A stretch of 64,000 nt of DNA from the human T2T-CHM13v2.0 reference genome, Homo sapiens (GCA_009914755.4 CP068257.2:6432001-6496000), one strand, 5' to 3'; counted from the first letter of the stretch, positions 42,401 through 54,834 are shown. Notes: a model not told the origin generated them from the sequence alone. A program made the numbers and translations.

Positions 42401-45400
42401 AATGGAATGGAATGGAATAAAGTGGAATGGAATTTAATTAACCTTAGTGGAATGCAATGGAATGGATTGGAATGGAATGGAATGGAATGGAATCAATCCC
42501 AGTGGAATGGAAAGGCATGGATTGGAATGGAATAGAATGGAATGCAATGGAATGGAATGGAATGGAATGGAATGGATTGGAATGCAATGGAATGGAATGG
42601 AATGGAATGGAATGGAATGGATTGGAATGCAATGGAATGGAATGGAATGGAATGGATTGGAATGTAATGGAATGGTGTAGAATGGAATTGAAACAACTCG
42701 ATTGGAATGCAGTGGAATGTAATGGAATGGAATGGAATGGAATGGAATGGAATGGAATGGATTGGAATGGAATAGAATGGGATTGTATCCACCCGAATGG
42801 AATGGAATTGAATGGAATGGAATGGTATGCAATGGAAAAGAATGGAATTGAATCAACCCGTCTGGAATGGCATGGAATGGAAGGGAATGGAATGGAATGG
42901 AAGGGAATGGAAAGGAATAGAATGCAATTGAATCAACTCGAATGGAATGGAATGGAATGGAATCGAATTGAATCAACCCGAGTGGAATGGAATGGAATGG
43001 AACAGAATGGAATGGAATGGAATGGAAAGGAATGGAATAGAACGGAATTGAATCAACCTGAGTGGAATGGAAAGCAATGGAATGGAATGGAGTGGAATGG
43101 AATGGAATGGAGTGGAATGGAATGGAACGGATTGGAATGGAATGGAATGGAATGGAACGGATTGGAATGGAATGGAATGGAATGGAATGTATTTGAATGG
43201 AATTGAATCAACCCGAGTGGAATGGAATGGAATAGCATGGAATGGAATGGAATAGAATGGAATGGAATGGAATGGAATGGAATGGAATGGAATGGAATGG
43301 AATGAAATGGAATGGATTGGTATAGAATGGAATTTAAACTACTCGATTGGAATGGAATGGAATGGAATGGAAAGGAATGGAATGGAATGGAATAGAATTG
43401 AATGGAATCAACCCGAGTGGAATGGAATGGAATGGAATGGAATGGAATGCAATGGAATAGAATGGAATTGAATCAACCCGTGTGGAATGGAATCGATTGG
43501 AATGGAATGGAATGGAATGGAATGGAATGGAATGGAATGGAATAGAATGGAATTGAATCAACCCGAGTGAAAAGGAATGGAGTGGAATGGAATGGAAAGG
43601 AATGGAATGGAATGGAATGGAATGGAATGGAAATGAATCAACCCGAGTGGGTTTCAATGGAATGGAATGAAAGGAAGGGAATGGAGGGGAATGGAATAGA
43701 ATGGAATCGAATGGAAAGGAAAGTAATGGAATCTACCCGAGTAGAATGGAATGGAATGGAATGGAATGGAATGGAATAGAATGGAATTGAATCAACCCGA
43801 GCAGAATGGAACGGAATGGAATTGAATGGAAAGGAATGGAATGGAATGGCATAGAATGGAATTGAATCAACCGAAATGGAATGGAATGGAATGGAATGGA
43901 GTGGAATGGAATGGAATGGAATGGAATAGAATGGAATTGAATGAACATGAGCGGAATGGAATGGAATGGAATGGAATGGAATGGAATTGAATCAATCCGA
44001 GTGGAGTGGAATGGAATGGCATGGAATGGAATGGAATGGAATGGAATGGAGTTAAATGGAATGCAATGGAATAGAATGGAATTGAATCAACCAGTGTGGA
44101 ATGGAATGGAATGGAATGGAATGGAATGGAATGGAATGGAGAGGAATGGAATAGAATGGAACTGAATCAACCCGAGTGGAAAGGAATGTAATGGAATGGA
44201 ATTAAATGGAAGTGAATCAACCCGAGTGGAATTAAATGGAATGGAATGGAAAGGAAGAGAATGGAATGGAATCGAATGGAAAGGAAAGTAATGGAATCGA
44301 CCCGAGTAGAATGGAATGGAATGGAATGGAATAGAATGGAATTGAATCAACCCGAGTGGAATTGAACGGAATGGAATAGAATGGAATAGAATAGAATTGA
44401 ATTAACCTGAGTGGAATGGAATGGAAAAGAATGGAGTGGAATGGAATGGAATGGAATGGAATAGAATGGAATTGAATCAAGCCGAGAGGAATGTAATGTA
44501 ATGTAATGGAATGGAATAGAATGGATTTGAATCAACACCGAGTGGAATGGTATGGAATGGTATGGAATGGAATGGAACGGAATGTAACTGAATGGAACGG
44601 ATTAGAAAGGAATTGAATCAACCCGAGTGGAATGGAATGGAATGGAATGCAATGGAATGAAAGAGACTGGAATTCATTTAGACGGAGTTTAATGGAATGG
44701 AATGGTATGGAATGGAATGGTATGGAATGGAATGGAATGGAATGGAATGGAATGGAATGGAATGGAATATAATGGTATTTAATCAACCCGAGTGGATCGG
44801 AATGGAATGGAATGGAATGGAACAGAATGGAATCGAATCAACCCGAGAGGAATGGAATTGAATGGAATGGAATGGAATGGAATGGAATATAATGGAATTG
44901 AGTCAACCGGAGTGGAATGGAATGGAATGGAATGGAATTGAATGAAATGGAATGGACTGGTATAGAATGGAGTTGAAACTACTCGATTGGAATAGAATGG
45001 AATGGAATGGAATAGAATTGAATGGAATCAAACCGAGTGGAATGGAATGGAATGGAATGGAATGGAATGGAATGGAATGGAATGGAATAGAGGTAAATGG
45101 AATGCAATGGAACAGAATGGAATTGAGTCAACGCGTATGGAATGGAATGGATTGGAATGGAATGGAATGGAATGGAATAGAATGGAATTGAATCAACCCG
45201 AGTGGAAAGGAATGGAATGGAATGGAATGGAATGGAACGGAAATGAATCAACCCGAGTGGAATTCATTGGAATGGAATGGAAAAGAAGGGAATGGAGTGT
45301 AATGGAATGGAATGGAATCGAATGGAAAGGAAAGTAATGGAATCTACCCGAGTAGAATGGAATGGAATGGAATAGAACGGAATTGAATCAACCCGAGCAG

Positions 45401-47210
45401 AATGGAATGGAACGGAATGGAGTGGAAGGGAATGGAGTGGAATGGAATGGAATGAACACGAGTGGAATGGAATGGAATGGAATGGAATGGAATGGAATGG
45501 TTTAGAATGGAATTGAGTCAATCCAGGTGGAATGGAATGGAATGGCATGGAATGGAATAGAATGGAACTGAATCAACCCGAGTGGAATGGAATGGAATGG
45601 AATGGCATGGAATGGAATGGAAGGGAATGGAATGGAATGGAATGGAATGCAATGGAATTGAATCAACCCGAGTGAAATGGAATGGAATGGAATGGAAAGC
45701 GAAGGGATGGAATGGAATGGAATGGAATGGAATCAACCCGAATGGAATGCAGTGGAATAGAATGCTATGGGGTGGAATGGAATGGAATGGATTGCAATGT
45801 AATGAAATGCAATAGAATGGAATTGAATCAACCCAAGTGGAATGGAATGGAATGCAATGGAATGGAATCGAATGCGATAGAATTGAATTGAATTAACCTG
45901 AATGGAATGGAATGGAATGGAATGCAATGGAATGGAATTGAATCAACCCGAGTGGAATGGAATGGATTGGAATGGAATGGAAGGGAATGGAATGGAATAG
46001 AAATGAACCAACCCGAGTGGAATGGAATGGAAAGGAATGGAATGTAATGGAATGCAATGGAATGCAATGGAATGGAATGGAATGGAATGGAATGGAATGG
46101 AATGGAATGGATTGGAATGTGGTGGAATGGAATAGACTGGAGTTGAATCAACCCGAGTGGAATGGAATGGAATGAAATGGAATGGAATGGAATCAACCCG
46201 AGTGGAAAGGAATGGAATGGAATACAATTCAATGGAATGGAATGGAATGGAATGGAATCAACCCGAATGGAATGGAATGGAATTGAATGGAATGGAATGG
46301 AATAAAGTGGAATGGAATTTAATTAACCTTAGTGGAATGCAATGGAATGGATTGGAATGGAATGGAATGGAATGGAATCAATCCCAGTGGAATGGAAAGG
46401 CATGGATTGGAATGGAATAGAATGGAATGCAATGGAATGGAATGGAATGGAATGGAATGGATTGGAATGCAATGGAATGGAATGGAATGGAATGGAATGG
46501 AATGGATTGGAATGCAATGGAATGGAATGGAATGGAATGGATTGGAATGTAATGGAATGGTGTAGAATGGAATTGAAACAACTCGATTGGAATGCAGTGG
46601 AATGTAATGGAATGGAATGGAATGGAATGGAATGGAATGGAATGGAATGGATTGGAATGGAATAGAATGGGATTGTATCCACCCGAATGGAATGGAATTG
46701 AATGGAATGGAATGGTATGCAATGGAAAAGAATGGAATTGAATCAACCCGTCTGGAATGGCATGGAATGGAAGGGAATGGAATGGAATGGAAGGGAATGG
46801 AAAGGAATAGAATGCAATTGAATCAACTCGAATGGAATGGAATGGAATGGAATCGAATTGAATCAACCCGAGTGGAATGGAATGGAATGGAACAGAATGG
46901 AATGGAATGGAATGGAAAGGAATGGAATAGAACGGAATTGAATCAACCTGAGTGGAATGGAAAGCAATGGAATGGAATGGAGTGGAATGGAATGGAATGG
47001 AGTGGAATGGAATGGAACGGATTGGAATGGAATGGAATGGAATGGAACGGATTGGAATGGAATGGAATGGAATGGAATGTATTTGAATGGAATTGAATCA
47101 ACCCGAGTGGAATGGAATGGAATAGCATGGAATGGAATGGAATAGAATGGAATGGAATGGAATGGAATGGAATGGAATGGAATGGAATGGAATAGACTGG
47201 AATTCATTTA
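39436..47210. repeat. Tandem duplication, 2 copies of a ~3885-bp HSat3 higher-order unit (39436-43321, 43321-47210), ~99+% identity, with nested ~1.7-kb internal sub-repeat
   Basis: Constant offset of 3885 bp (39682..39894 = 43567..43779; 41117..41452 = 45002..45337; 42447..42680 = 46332..46565), shifting to 3890 after a 5-bp indel near 42700. The landmark ggattggtatagaatggaatttaaactactcgattgg lies at 39430 and 43315, with a diverged third copy near 47540. The landmark gactggaattcatttaRaNcgagt recurs at 39108, 40783, 44668 and 47197. Confidence 0.88.
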
Positions 47211-48399
47211 AACCGAGTGTAATGGAATGGAATGGTATGGAATGGAATGGAATGGTATGGAATGGAATGGAATGGTATGGAATAGAATGGAATGGAATGG
47301 AATGGAATGGAATATAATGGTATTTAATCAACCCGAGTGGATCGGAATGGAATGGAATGGAATGGAACAGAATGGAATCGAGTCAACCCAAGAGGAACGG
47401 AATTGAATGGAATTGAATGGAATGGAAAGGAATGGAATGGAATGGAATATAATGGAAATGAGTCAACTGGAGTGGAATAGAATGGAATGGAATGGAATGG
47501 ATTGGAATGGAATGGAATGGAAAGGAATGAAATGGAATGGAGTGGTATAGAATGGAATTGAAACTACTCGATTGGAATGGAATGGAATGGAATAGACTTG
47601 AATGGAATCAACCCTAGTGGAATGGAATGGAATGGAATGGAATCAAATAGAATGGAGGTGAATGGAATGCAATGGAATAGAATGGAATTGAATCAACCCA
47701 TGTGGAATGGAATGGATTGGACTGGAATGGAACGGAATGGAACGGAATAGAATGGAATTGAATCAACCATAGTGGAAAGGAATGGAATGGAATGGAATGG
47801 AAATGAATCAACACGAGTGGAATTCATTGGAATGGAATGGAAAGGAAGGGAATTGAGTGGAATGGAATGGAATGGAGTGGAATGGAATGGAATCAAATGG
47901 AAAGGAAAGTAATGGAATCGACCCAAGTAGAATGGAATAGAATGGCATAGAATGGAATTGAATCAACCCGAGCGGAATTGAACGGAATTGAAGGGAATGG
48001 AATGGAATGGAACGGAATGGAATGGAATCAACGCAAGTGGAATGGAATGGAATGGTTGGACCACAATAGATTGAAATCGAACCAACACGAGTGGAATGGA
48101 ATGGAATTGAATGGAATGCAATAGAATGGAATGGAATCCACTAGAGTGGAATGGAATGGAATGGAGTGGAGTGCAATGGAGTGTGGTGGAATGCAATGGA
48201 GTGGAGTGGAATAGAATGGAGTAGGGTGGAATTCACTGGAACGGAGTGGAATGTACTGGATTTGACTGGAATGGAGTTGAGTGGAGTGGAATGGAGTTGA
48301 CTGGAGTGGCATGGAATGGAGTGGAGTGGAGTGCAATGGAATACAGTAGACTGGAGTGGAGTGAATTGGTGTTGAATGGAAAGGAATGGAATGAAATGG

Positions 48400-48462
48400 A
48401 TACTTAGATTGTGCCACTGCACTAAAACCTGTGTGACAGTAGGGGAACCTGTCGAAAGAAAG
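48400..48462 (+). repeat. Alu 3'-end-derived segment embedded in satellite (short form)
   Basis: cttagattgtgccactgcactaaaacctgtgtgacagtaggggaacctgtcgaaagaaagg. Confidence 0.7.
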
Positions 48463-48729
48463 GAGTGGAATGGGAAGGAGTGTAGTGTAGTGGAGTGGAG
48501 TGGAGTGGAATTGGAGATTAATATAATGGAGTGGAGTGGAATGGAATGGAGTGGAGTGGAATGGATTGCAGGGGAGTGGGGTGGAGAGCAGTGGAATGGA
48601 GTGGAGTGGAATGGAATGGAATGGAATGGAATGGAGTGGTCTGGAATGGAATGGAGTTGCGTGGAGTGGAGTTCAGTGGACTTGAATGGAATGGAATGGA
48701 ACTGAGTGAAATGGAATGGAATGGAATTG

Positions 48730-48792
48730 GTGCTGAGATTGTGCCACTGCGCTACAACCTGTGTGATAGAGGGAGATCCTGTCAAAAGAAAG
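48730..48792 (+). repeat. Alu 3'-end-derived segment (short form)
   Basis: gtgctgagattgtgccactgcgctacaacctgtgtgatagagggagatcctgtcaaaagaaag. Confidence 0.75.
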
Positions 48793-49689
48793 AATTCGAA
48801 TGGGAAGAAGTGGAGTGGATTGGAGTTGAGTGGAATGGAATGGAATTGATTGGAGTGAAATGGAATGGAATGAATGGTAAAGGAATGGAATGGAGTGGAG
48901 TATGGTGGAATGGAATGGAGTGGAGCGTAGTGAAGTGCAGTTGAGTGGAATGGATTGGAGTGGAGTGAAATGCAGTGGAAAGGAGTTGAGCGCAATTTAC
49001 CGGAAAGCAGTGGAATGGAATGGGGAGGAATGGAAAGGCATGGAGTAGAATGGAGTGTAGTGGATTGGAGTGGAGTGGAATTGACTGGAGTGGACTGGAG
49101 TGCATTGGAGTTGGGTGGAATGGAATGGAATTCAATGGCCTGCAGTGGAATGGAATGCAGTGGTGTTGAGTGTAGTGGAGTGGAATGGAACAGAATGGAA
49201 TGGAATGGAAAGGAGGAGTGGAGTGGAGTGGAATTCAGTGGAGTGGATTGCAGTGGAATGGAATGGAATGGATTGGAATGGAGATGAGTGGAGTTGAAAG
49301 AAGTGGAGTGGAATGGAGTGCAGAGGAGTGGATAGGAGTGCAATGGATTGCAGTGGAATGGAATGGCATAAAGTGGAGTGGAATTTAGTGGAATGGAGTG
49401 GAATGGACTGGACTGGAATGGAATGGAATGGAGTGGAGTGGAATGGAATGGAGTGGAGTGGAATGGAATAGAGTGGAGTGGAGTGGAATGCAGTGGCGTG
49501 GAGTGGAATAGAGTGAAGAGGAGTGGATGTAGTGAAGTGAAGTGGAATGAAATGGGGTGGAGTGGAGTGGAATTGAATGGATTGGAGTGGAGTGCAAAGG
49601 AGTCGAATGGAAACGGATGCAAAGGAATGTAGTGGAATGGAGTGGATTTGACTGGAATGGAATGGAATGGAATGGAATGGAATGGAATC

Positions 49690-49752
49690 GCTGTTGAGAT
49701 CGTGTCACTGTGCTACAGACTGTGTGACAGAGGGAGATCCTCTGGAAAGAAA
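49690..49752 (+). repeat. Alu 3'-end-derived segment (short form)
   Basis: gctgttgagatcgtgtcactgtgctacagactgtgtgacagagggagatcctctggaaagaaagg. Confidence 0.7.
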
Positions 49753-50179
49753 GGAGTGGAATGGGATGGTGTCGAGTGGATTGCAGTGGAGTGGAGTGAA
49801 ATGGAGTGGAATGGATTGGTGTGGAGTGTAATGGAGTGGAGTGGAGTGGACTGGAATGGAGTGGATTGGGTTGGAATGGAGTGCAGTGGAGTGGAATCAA
49901 GTGGAATGGAATGGGGTGGAGTGTGGTGGAATGGAATGGATTGGATTGGAGTGGAGTGGAGTGGAGCTTAATGTTATGGAGTGGAGTGGAATGGATTGGA
50001 ATGGACTGGAATGGAATGGATTGGAGTGGAGTGGAGAGCAGTGGAGTGGAGTGGAGTGGAATGGAATGGAATGGAGTGGCATGCAGTGGAGTGGAAGGGA
50101 GTGGAGTGGACTGGAGTGGAAAGGAGGTGAATGAAATGGAATGGAATGGAATGGAATGGAATGGAATGGAATGGAATGG

Positions 50180-50242
50180 GTGATGAGATTGTGCCACTGC
50201 ATCAAAACCTGTGTGACAGAGGGAGATCCTGTCAAAAGAAAG
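50180..50242 (+). repeat. Alu 3'-end-derived segment (short form)
   Basis: gtgatgagattgtgccactgcatcaaaacctgtgtgacagagggagatcctgtcaaaagaaag. Confidence 0.75.
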
Positions 50243-50629
50243 AATTGTAATCGGAAGCAGTGGAGTGGATTGGAGTTGAGTGAAACGGAATGGAATGGAG
50301 TGGAGTGGAGTGGAATGGAGTGGAGTGGAGTTGAATGGAATGTGGTGGAGTGGAATGAAGTCGAGTGGAATGGAGTGGAATGGAATGTGATGGAATGGAA
50401 TGGAATGGATTATGGTGGAGTGGAGTGGATTGAAGTGGAGTAGAGTGGATTGTAGTGGAATGAAATGGGATGGAATGGAATGCCATCGAGTGCAGTGGAG
50501 TGGAGTGGACTGGAGTGGAGGAGAGTGGAATGGAGTCGAGTGGAATAGAATGGAGTGGAACAGAATGGAATGGAATGCAATGGAATGGAATGCAAAGGAA
50601 TGGAATGCAATTAAATAGAATGGAATGGA

Positions 50630-50710
50630 ATGGTGAAATGAAATGTGAGCTGAATTGGTGCCACTGCACGCCAGCCTGGGTGACAGAGTGAGATGCTGTC
50701 GAAAGAAAGA
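50630..50710 (+). repeat. Alu 3'-end-derived segment (long form)
   Basis: gtgaaatgaaatgtgagctgaattggtgccactgcacgccagcctgggtgacagagtgagatgctgtcgaaagaaag. Confidence 0.8.
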
Positions 50711-50945
50711 AATGGAATGGAATGGAGTGGAGTGGAGTGGTGTGGAGTGGAGTGGTGTGGAGTGGAATGGAATGGGATGGACTATAATGGAATGGATTGC
50801 TGTGGATTGGAGTGGTGGAGAGTGGAATGGAGTCGAGTGGAATGGAATGGAATGGACTGGAGTGGAATGCAGTGGAATGGAATGGAAAGGAGTGGAGTGG
50901 AGTGCAGTGGAGTGGAGTGGAGTGGAATGGAATGGAATGGATTAG

Positions 50946-51020
50946 CGAAATGAAATGTAAGCTGAGATTATGTCACTGTACTCCAGAATGGGTGACAGAG
51001 TGACATCCTGTGGAATGTAA
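50946..51020 (+). repeat. Alu 3'-end-derived segment (long form, diverged)
   Basis: cgaaatgaaatgtaagctgagattatgtcactgtactccagaatgggtgacagagtgacatcctgtggaatgtaagg. Confidence 0.7.
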
Positions 51021-51471
51021 GGAATGGAATGGATTGGAGTGGAATGGTTTGGAATGTAGTGGAGTGGATAGGAGTGAAGTGGAGTAGAATAGAGTGGAGA
51101 GGAATGGAATGGCAGGGAGTGGATAGGAGTGGACGGGAGTGGAGTAGAATATAATGGAATGGGATGGAATCGAATGGAATGAAATGGAGGGGAGTGGAGT
51201 GTTGGGGAGAGGAGTGGAGTGGTATGGAATTGGATGGAATTGAATGTAGAGGAGTGGAGTGGAGAGGAGTGGAGTAGAGTGGATTGGTATGGAATTGGAT
51301 GGAATTGAATGTAGAGGAGTGGAGTGGAGAGGAGTGGAGTAGAGTGGAGTGGAATGGAACGAAATTGAATGAAGTGGAGCCAAGTGGAGTGGACTGGAGT
51401 GGAGTGGAATGGAATATAGTGGAATGGAAACGAATGGAATGGAAAGGAATGTAATGCAATTGAATGGAATG

Positions 51472-51548
51472 ATAAAATGAAATATGAGTTGAGATTGTAA
51501 CACTGCACTCCAGCCATTGTCACAGAGTGAAATACTGTCGAAAGAAAG
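51472..51548 (+). repeat. Alu 3'-end-derived segment (long form, diverged)
   Basis: gataaaatgaaatatgagttgagattgtaacactgcactccagccattgtcacagagtgaaatactgtcgaaagaaagg. Confidence 0.7.
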
Positions 51549-51842
51549 GAATGGAATGGACAGGTGTGGAATGGAATGGAATGGAGCGGAGTGGAGTGGA
51601 TTATAGTGGAATGGAGTGGAATGGAATGGGATGGAATGGGATGGAGTGGAGTGGAGTGGAGTGTAATGGAACGGTATGGTATGGTAAGGAACGGAATGGA
51701 ATGGAATGGAATGGAATGCAGTGGAGTGGAGTGGAGTTCGCAGGAGTGGAATTAAATGGGATGGAATAGAATTGAATGCATTGCAATGGAATGGAATGCA
51801 ATGGAATGAAATGCAATGGAATGCAATGGAATGGAATGTTGA

Positions 51843-51916
51843 ATTGAAATGTGAGCTGAGATACTGCCACTGCACTCCAGCCTGGGTGACAGAGTGAGAT
51901 CCTCTCGAATGAGAGG
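51843..51916 (+). repeat. Alu 3'-end-derived segment (long form)
   Basis: attgaaatgtgagctgagatactgccactgcactccagcctgggtgacagagtgagatcctctcgaatgagagg. Confidence 0.8.
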
Positions 51917-52196
51917 AATGGAATGGAATGGAGTGAAGTGGAATGGAATGGAATGGAATGGAATGGAATGGAATGGAATGGAGTGGAGTGGAGTGGAATG
52001 GAATAGAATGGAGTGGAATGGAATGTGATGGAGTGGAAGGAATGGAGTGGAGGGGAGTGGAGTGGACGGGAGTGGAGTGGAGAGAAATGGAGTGAAATGG
52101 AATGGGATGGAATGGAATGGGGGAGGGGAGGGGAGTGGAGTGGAATTGAGTGTAGTGGGATAGAATGGAATGGAAAGGAAAGAAATACAATGGAAT

Positions 52197-52276
52197 GGTG
52201 AAATGAAATGTGAGCTGAGATTGTGCCCCTGTATTCCAGCCATTTTTGACACAGTGATATCCCGTCGGAAGAAGGG
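52197..52276 (+). repeat. Alu 3'-end-derived segment (long form, diverged)
   Basis: gtgaaatgaaatgtgagctgagattgtgcccctgtattccagccatttttgacacagtgatatcccgtcggaagaaggg. Confidence 0.7.
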
Positions 52277-52387
52277 AATGGAATGGAATGGGGTGGAATG
52301 GAATGGAATGGAATGGAATGGGGTTTAATGGAATGGAATGGAATGGAATGGAATGGAATGGAATGGAATGGAATGGAATGGAATGGA

Positions 52388-52464
52388 GAAATTAAATGTG
52401 AGCTAAGATTGTGCCACTGCACTCCAGTCTGGGTGACAGAGAGAGATCCATTTAGAAATAAAGG
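52388..52464 (+). repeat. Alu 3'-end-derived segment (long form)
   Basis: gaaattaaatgtgagctaagattgtgccactgcactccagtctgggtgacagagagagatccatttagaaataaagg. Confidence 0.8.
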
Positions 52465-52594
52465 AATGGAATGGAATGTAGTAGAATGGAATGACTGGAG
52501 TGGCGTGGAGTGGAGTGGAGTGGCGTGGAGTGGAGTTGAGTGGAGTGGAGTGGAAAGGAATTTAGGGGAATGGAATGGAATGGAATGGAATGGT

Positions 52595-52672
52595 GAAATG
52601 AAATGTGAGCTGGGATTTTGTAATTGCACTCCATTTTGGGTGACAGAGTGAGATCCTGTCGAAAGAAAATAT
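52595..52672 (+). repeat. Alu 3'-end-derived segment (long form, diverged)
   Basis: gtgaaatgaaatgtgagctgggattttgtaattgcactccattttgggtgacagagtgagatcctgtcgaaagaaaat. Confidence 0.7.
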
Positions 52673-52809
52673 TGGAATGGAATGGAGTGTAGTGGAATTG
52701 AAAAGAATGGAGTGGACTGGAGTGGAGTGGAGTGGAATGGAATGGAAGGGAATGGAATGGAATGGAATGGAAGGGAAAGGAAAGGAATGGAATGGAAGGT
52801 AAGGGAATG

Positions 52810-52888
52810 GGGAAATGAAATGTGAGCTGACATTGTGGCACTGCACTCCAGCCTCGGTGACCGAGTGAGATCCTGTCGAAAGAAAATA
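52810..52888 (+). repeat. Alu 3'-end-derived segment (long form)
   Basis: gggaaatgaaatgtgagctgacattgtggcactgcactccagcctcggtgaccgagtgagatcctgtcgaaagaaaat. Confidence 0.8.
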
Positions 52889-53089
52889 TTGGAATGGAAT
52901 GGAGTTCAATGTAACGGAATAGAGTAAAGTGGAGTGGAACGGAATGTGATGGAATGAAATGTAGTGGAGTGGAGTAGAGTGGAACGGAATGGAGTGGAGT
53001 GGAGTGGAATGGAGTGGAGTGCAGTGGAGTGGAGTGCAGTGGAATTCATTGGAATGGAATGCAGTGGAATGGAATGAAAAGGAATTTAA

Positions 53090-53152
53090 CAGGTGCTGAG
53101 ATTGTGCTACTGCACTACAGCCTGTGTGACAGAGGTAGATCCTGTCGAAAAA
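53090..53152 (+). repeat. Alu 3'-end-derived segment (short form)
   Basis: ggtgctgagattgtgctactgcactacagcctgtgtgacagaggtagatcctgtcgaaaaatagg. Confidence 0.75.
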
Positions 53153-53835
53153 TAGGCGTGCAATGGGTTGGAGCAGAGTGGAGTGGAGTGGAATGGAGTG
53201 GAGTGGAGTGGACTGGAGTGGAGTGGAATGGAATGAAGTGGAGTGGAATGGACTGGAGTGGAATGGAATGGAATGGAGTGGAATGGAATGGAATGCAGTG
53301 GAGTGGAGTGGAACGGACTGGAGTGGAGTGGAATGGAGTGGAGTGGAGTAGAGTGGAATGGGGTGGAGAGGAGTGGAGTGGAGTGGAATGGAATGGAATG
53401 CAATGCAATGCAGTGGAGTGGAGTGGAATGGAGTGGCATGGAATGGAATGGAGTGGAGTGGAATGGAATGGATTGCAGTGGAGTGGAATGGAATGGAGTG
53501 GAGTGGAATGGACTGAAGTGAAATGGAATCGAATGGAGTGGAATGGAATGGAGTGGAGTGGAGTGGAGAGGAATGGAATGGAATGGAATGGAATGGAATG
53601 GAATGGAATGGATGGAATGCAATTATGTGGAGCGGAACACAGTGGAGAGGAGTGGAAAGGAATGGAATGGAATAGAGTGGAGTGGATTGCAGTGAAGTGG
53701 AGAAAAGTGCAATGTAGTGGAATGGAATCAGATGTAATGGAATGTAGTACACTGGAGTGGAGTGAAGTGGAACGAACAGGAATGGAACGGAATGGAACGG
53801 AACAGAATGGAACAGAACGGAACGGAATGGAATGG

Positions 53836-53898
53836 GTGCTGAGATTGTGCCACTGCACTACAGCCTGCATGACAGAGAGAGATATTGTAGAAAGAAAG
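53836..53898 (+). repeat. Alu 3'-end-derived segment (short form)
   Basis: gtgctgagattgtgccactgcactacagcctgcatgacagagagagatattgtagaaagaaagg. Confidence 0.75.
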
Positions 53899-54431
53899 GA
53901 GTGGAATGGGATGGGGGAAGTGGAGTTTAGTGGAGTGGAATGGAGTGGAGTTGAATGGACTGGAATGGAGTGGAGTGGAGTGGAACGGAATGCAGTGGAG
54001 TGGAATGGAGTGGAGTGGAATGGAGTAGAGTGGAGTGGAGTGGAATTCGGTGGAGTGGAATGGAGTAGAATGGAATGCAATGGAATGGAATGGAGTCGAC
54101 TGGATTGGTGTGGAGTGGAATGAAGTGGATTGAAGTAGAATTAGCGGAATGGAATGGGATGGAATGGAATGGAATGAAGGGGAGTGGAGTGGGGTGGAGT
54201 GGAGTGCAGTGGAATTGAGCGGAATGGAATGGGATGGAGTGGATGGAGTGGAATGGAGTGGAGCGCAGTAGAGTGAATAGGAATGGAATGGAGTGGAATG
54301 GAATTGAATGTAGTGGAATGTAGTGGAGTGGAGTGGAATGGAGTGGGATGGAATGGAATTGAATTGAATGGAATGGAATTGAACGGAATGCAATGGAATG
54401 CAATGGAATAGTATGCAATGCAATGGAAAGT

Positions 54432-54506
54432 TGACATGTAATGTGAGCTGAGATTGTGCCACTGTACTCCAGCCTCGGTGATACAGTGATATCCTGTCAA
54501 AAGAAA
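54432..54506 (+). repeat. Alu 3'-end-derived segment (long form)
   Basis: ttgacatgtaatgtgagctgagattgtgccactgtactccagcctcggtgatacagtgatatcctgtcaaaagaaagg. Confidence 0.8.
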
Positions 54507-54756
54507 GGAATGGAATGCAATGGAGTGAAATGGAATGGAAGGGAAGGGAATGGAATGCAGGCGAGTGGAGTGGAGTGGAGTTGAATGGAATGGTATGGTA
54601 TGGAATGGAATGGAATGGAATGCAGTGGAGTGGAGTGGAGCTCGCAGGACTGGAATGGAATGGGATGGAATGGAATTGAATGCATTACAGTGGAATGGAA
54701 TGCAATGGAAAGGAATGAAATGACATGCAATGGAACGGAATAGAATGGAATGGAAT

Positions 54757-54834
54757 GGTGAAATGAAATTTGAGCTGAAATACTGCCACTGCACTACAGC
54801 CTGGGTGACAGAATGAGATCCTCTCAAAAGAGAA
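54757..54834 (+). repeat. Alu 3'-end-derived segment (long form)
   Basis: gtgaaatgaaatttgagctgaaatactgccactgcactacagcctgggtgacagaatgagatcctctcaaaagagaag. Confidence 0.8.

Larger units (their letters stand above)
1..48140. repeat. Human satellite III (HSat3) array: (GGAAT)n on + strand with interspersed CAACCCGAGT/CAACCCGAAT 10-mers
   Basis: Read directly. ggaatggaatgg runs are near-continuous, and caacccgagtgg / caacccgaatgg / caacacgagtgg interruptions recur every ~100-300 bp. This is the classical SatIII structure, (ATTCC)n plus A(T/C)TCGGGTTG, seen on the opposite strand. No orientation switch except one 15-bp palindrome. The 3' limit is approximate: the pentamer composition shifts to GGAGT-rich near 48140. 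Confidence 0.9.
50400..51910. repeat. ~1.5-kb segment paralogous to 57800-59280 (offset ~7.4 kb, ~90% identity)
   Basis: Translations 50655..50945 / 50693..50953 resemble 58101..58358 / 58180..58416, and 51527..51769 resembles 58889..59131 (MKYCRKKGMEWTGVEWNGME... vs MKYCQKKGMEWTGVEWNGME...). The same order of Alu-like segments recurs at 50630, 50946 and 51472 vs 58041, 58350 and 58832. Confidence 0.7.

Noticed and set aside
48141-49622. Long ORFs in the track (493 aa here; also 456 aa at 60100..61470, 442 aa at 61175..62503, 410 aa at 51601..52833, 405 aa at 50973..52190, 403 aa at 56608..57819, 396 aa at 52562..53752, 374 aa at 52999..54123, 371 aa at 56957..58072, 356 aa at 2899..3969, and hundreds of 60-300 aa ORFs on both strands)
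   Set aside because: (GGAAT)n, (GGAGT)n and their complement contain no stop codon in any frame. The 'proteins' are pure low-complexity reiterations ([20 protein letters not shown]), overlap each other on both strands in all frames, and have no start-codon context. They are satellite DNA, not CDS.
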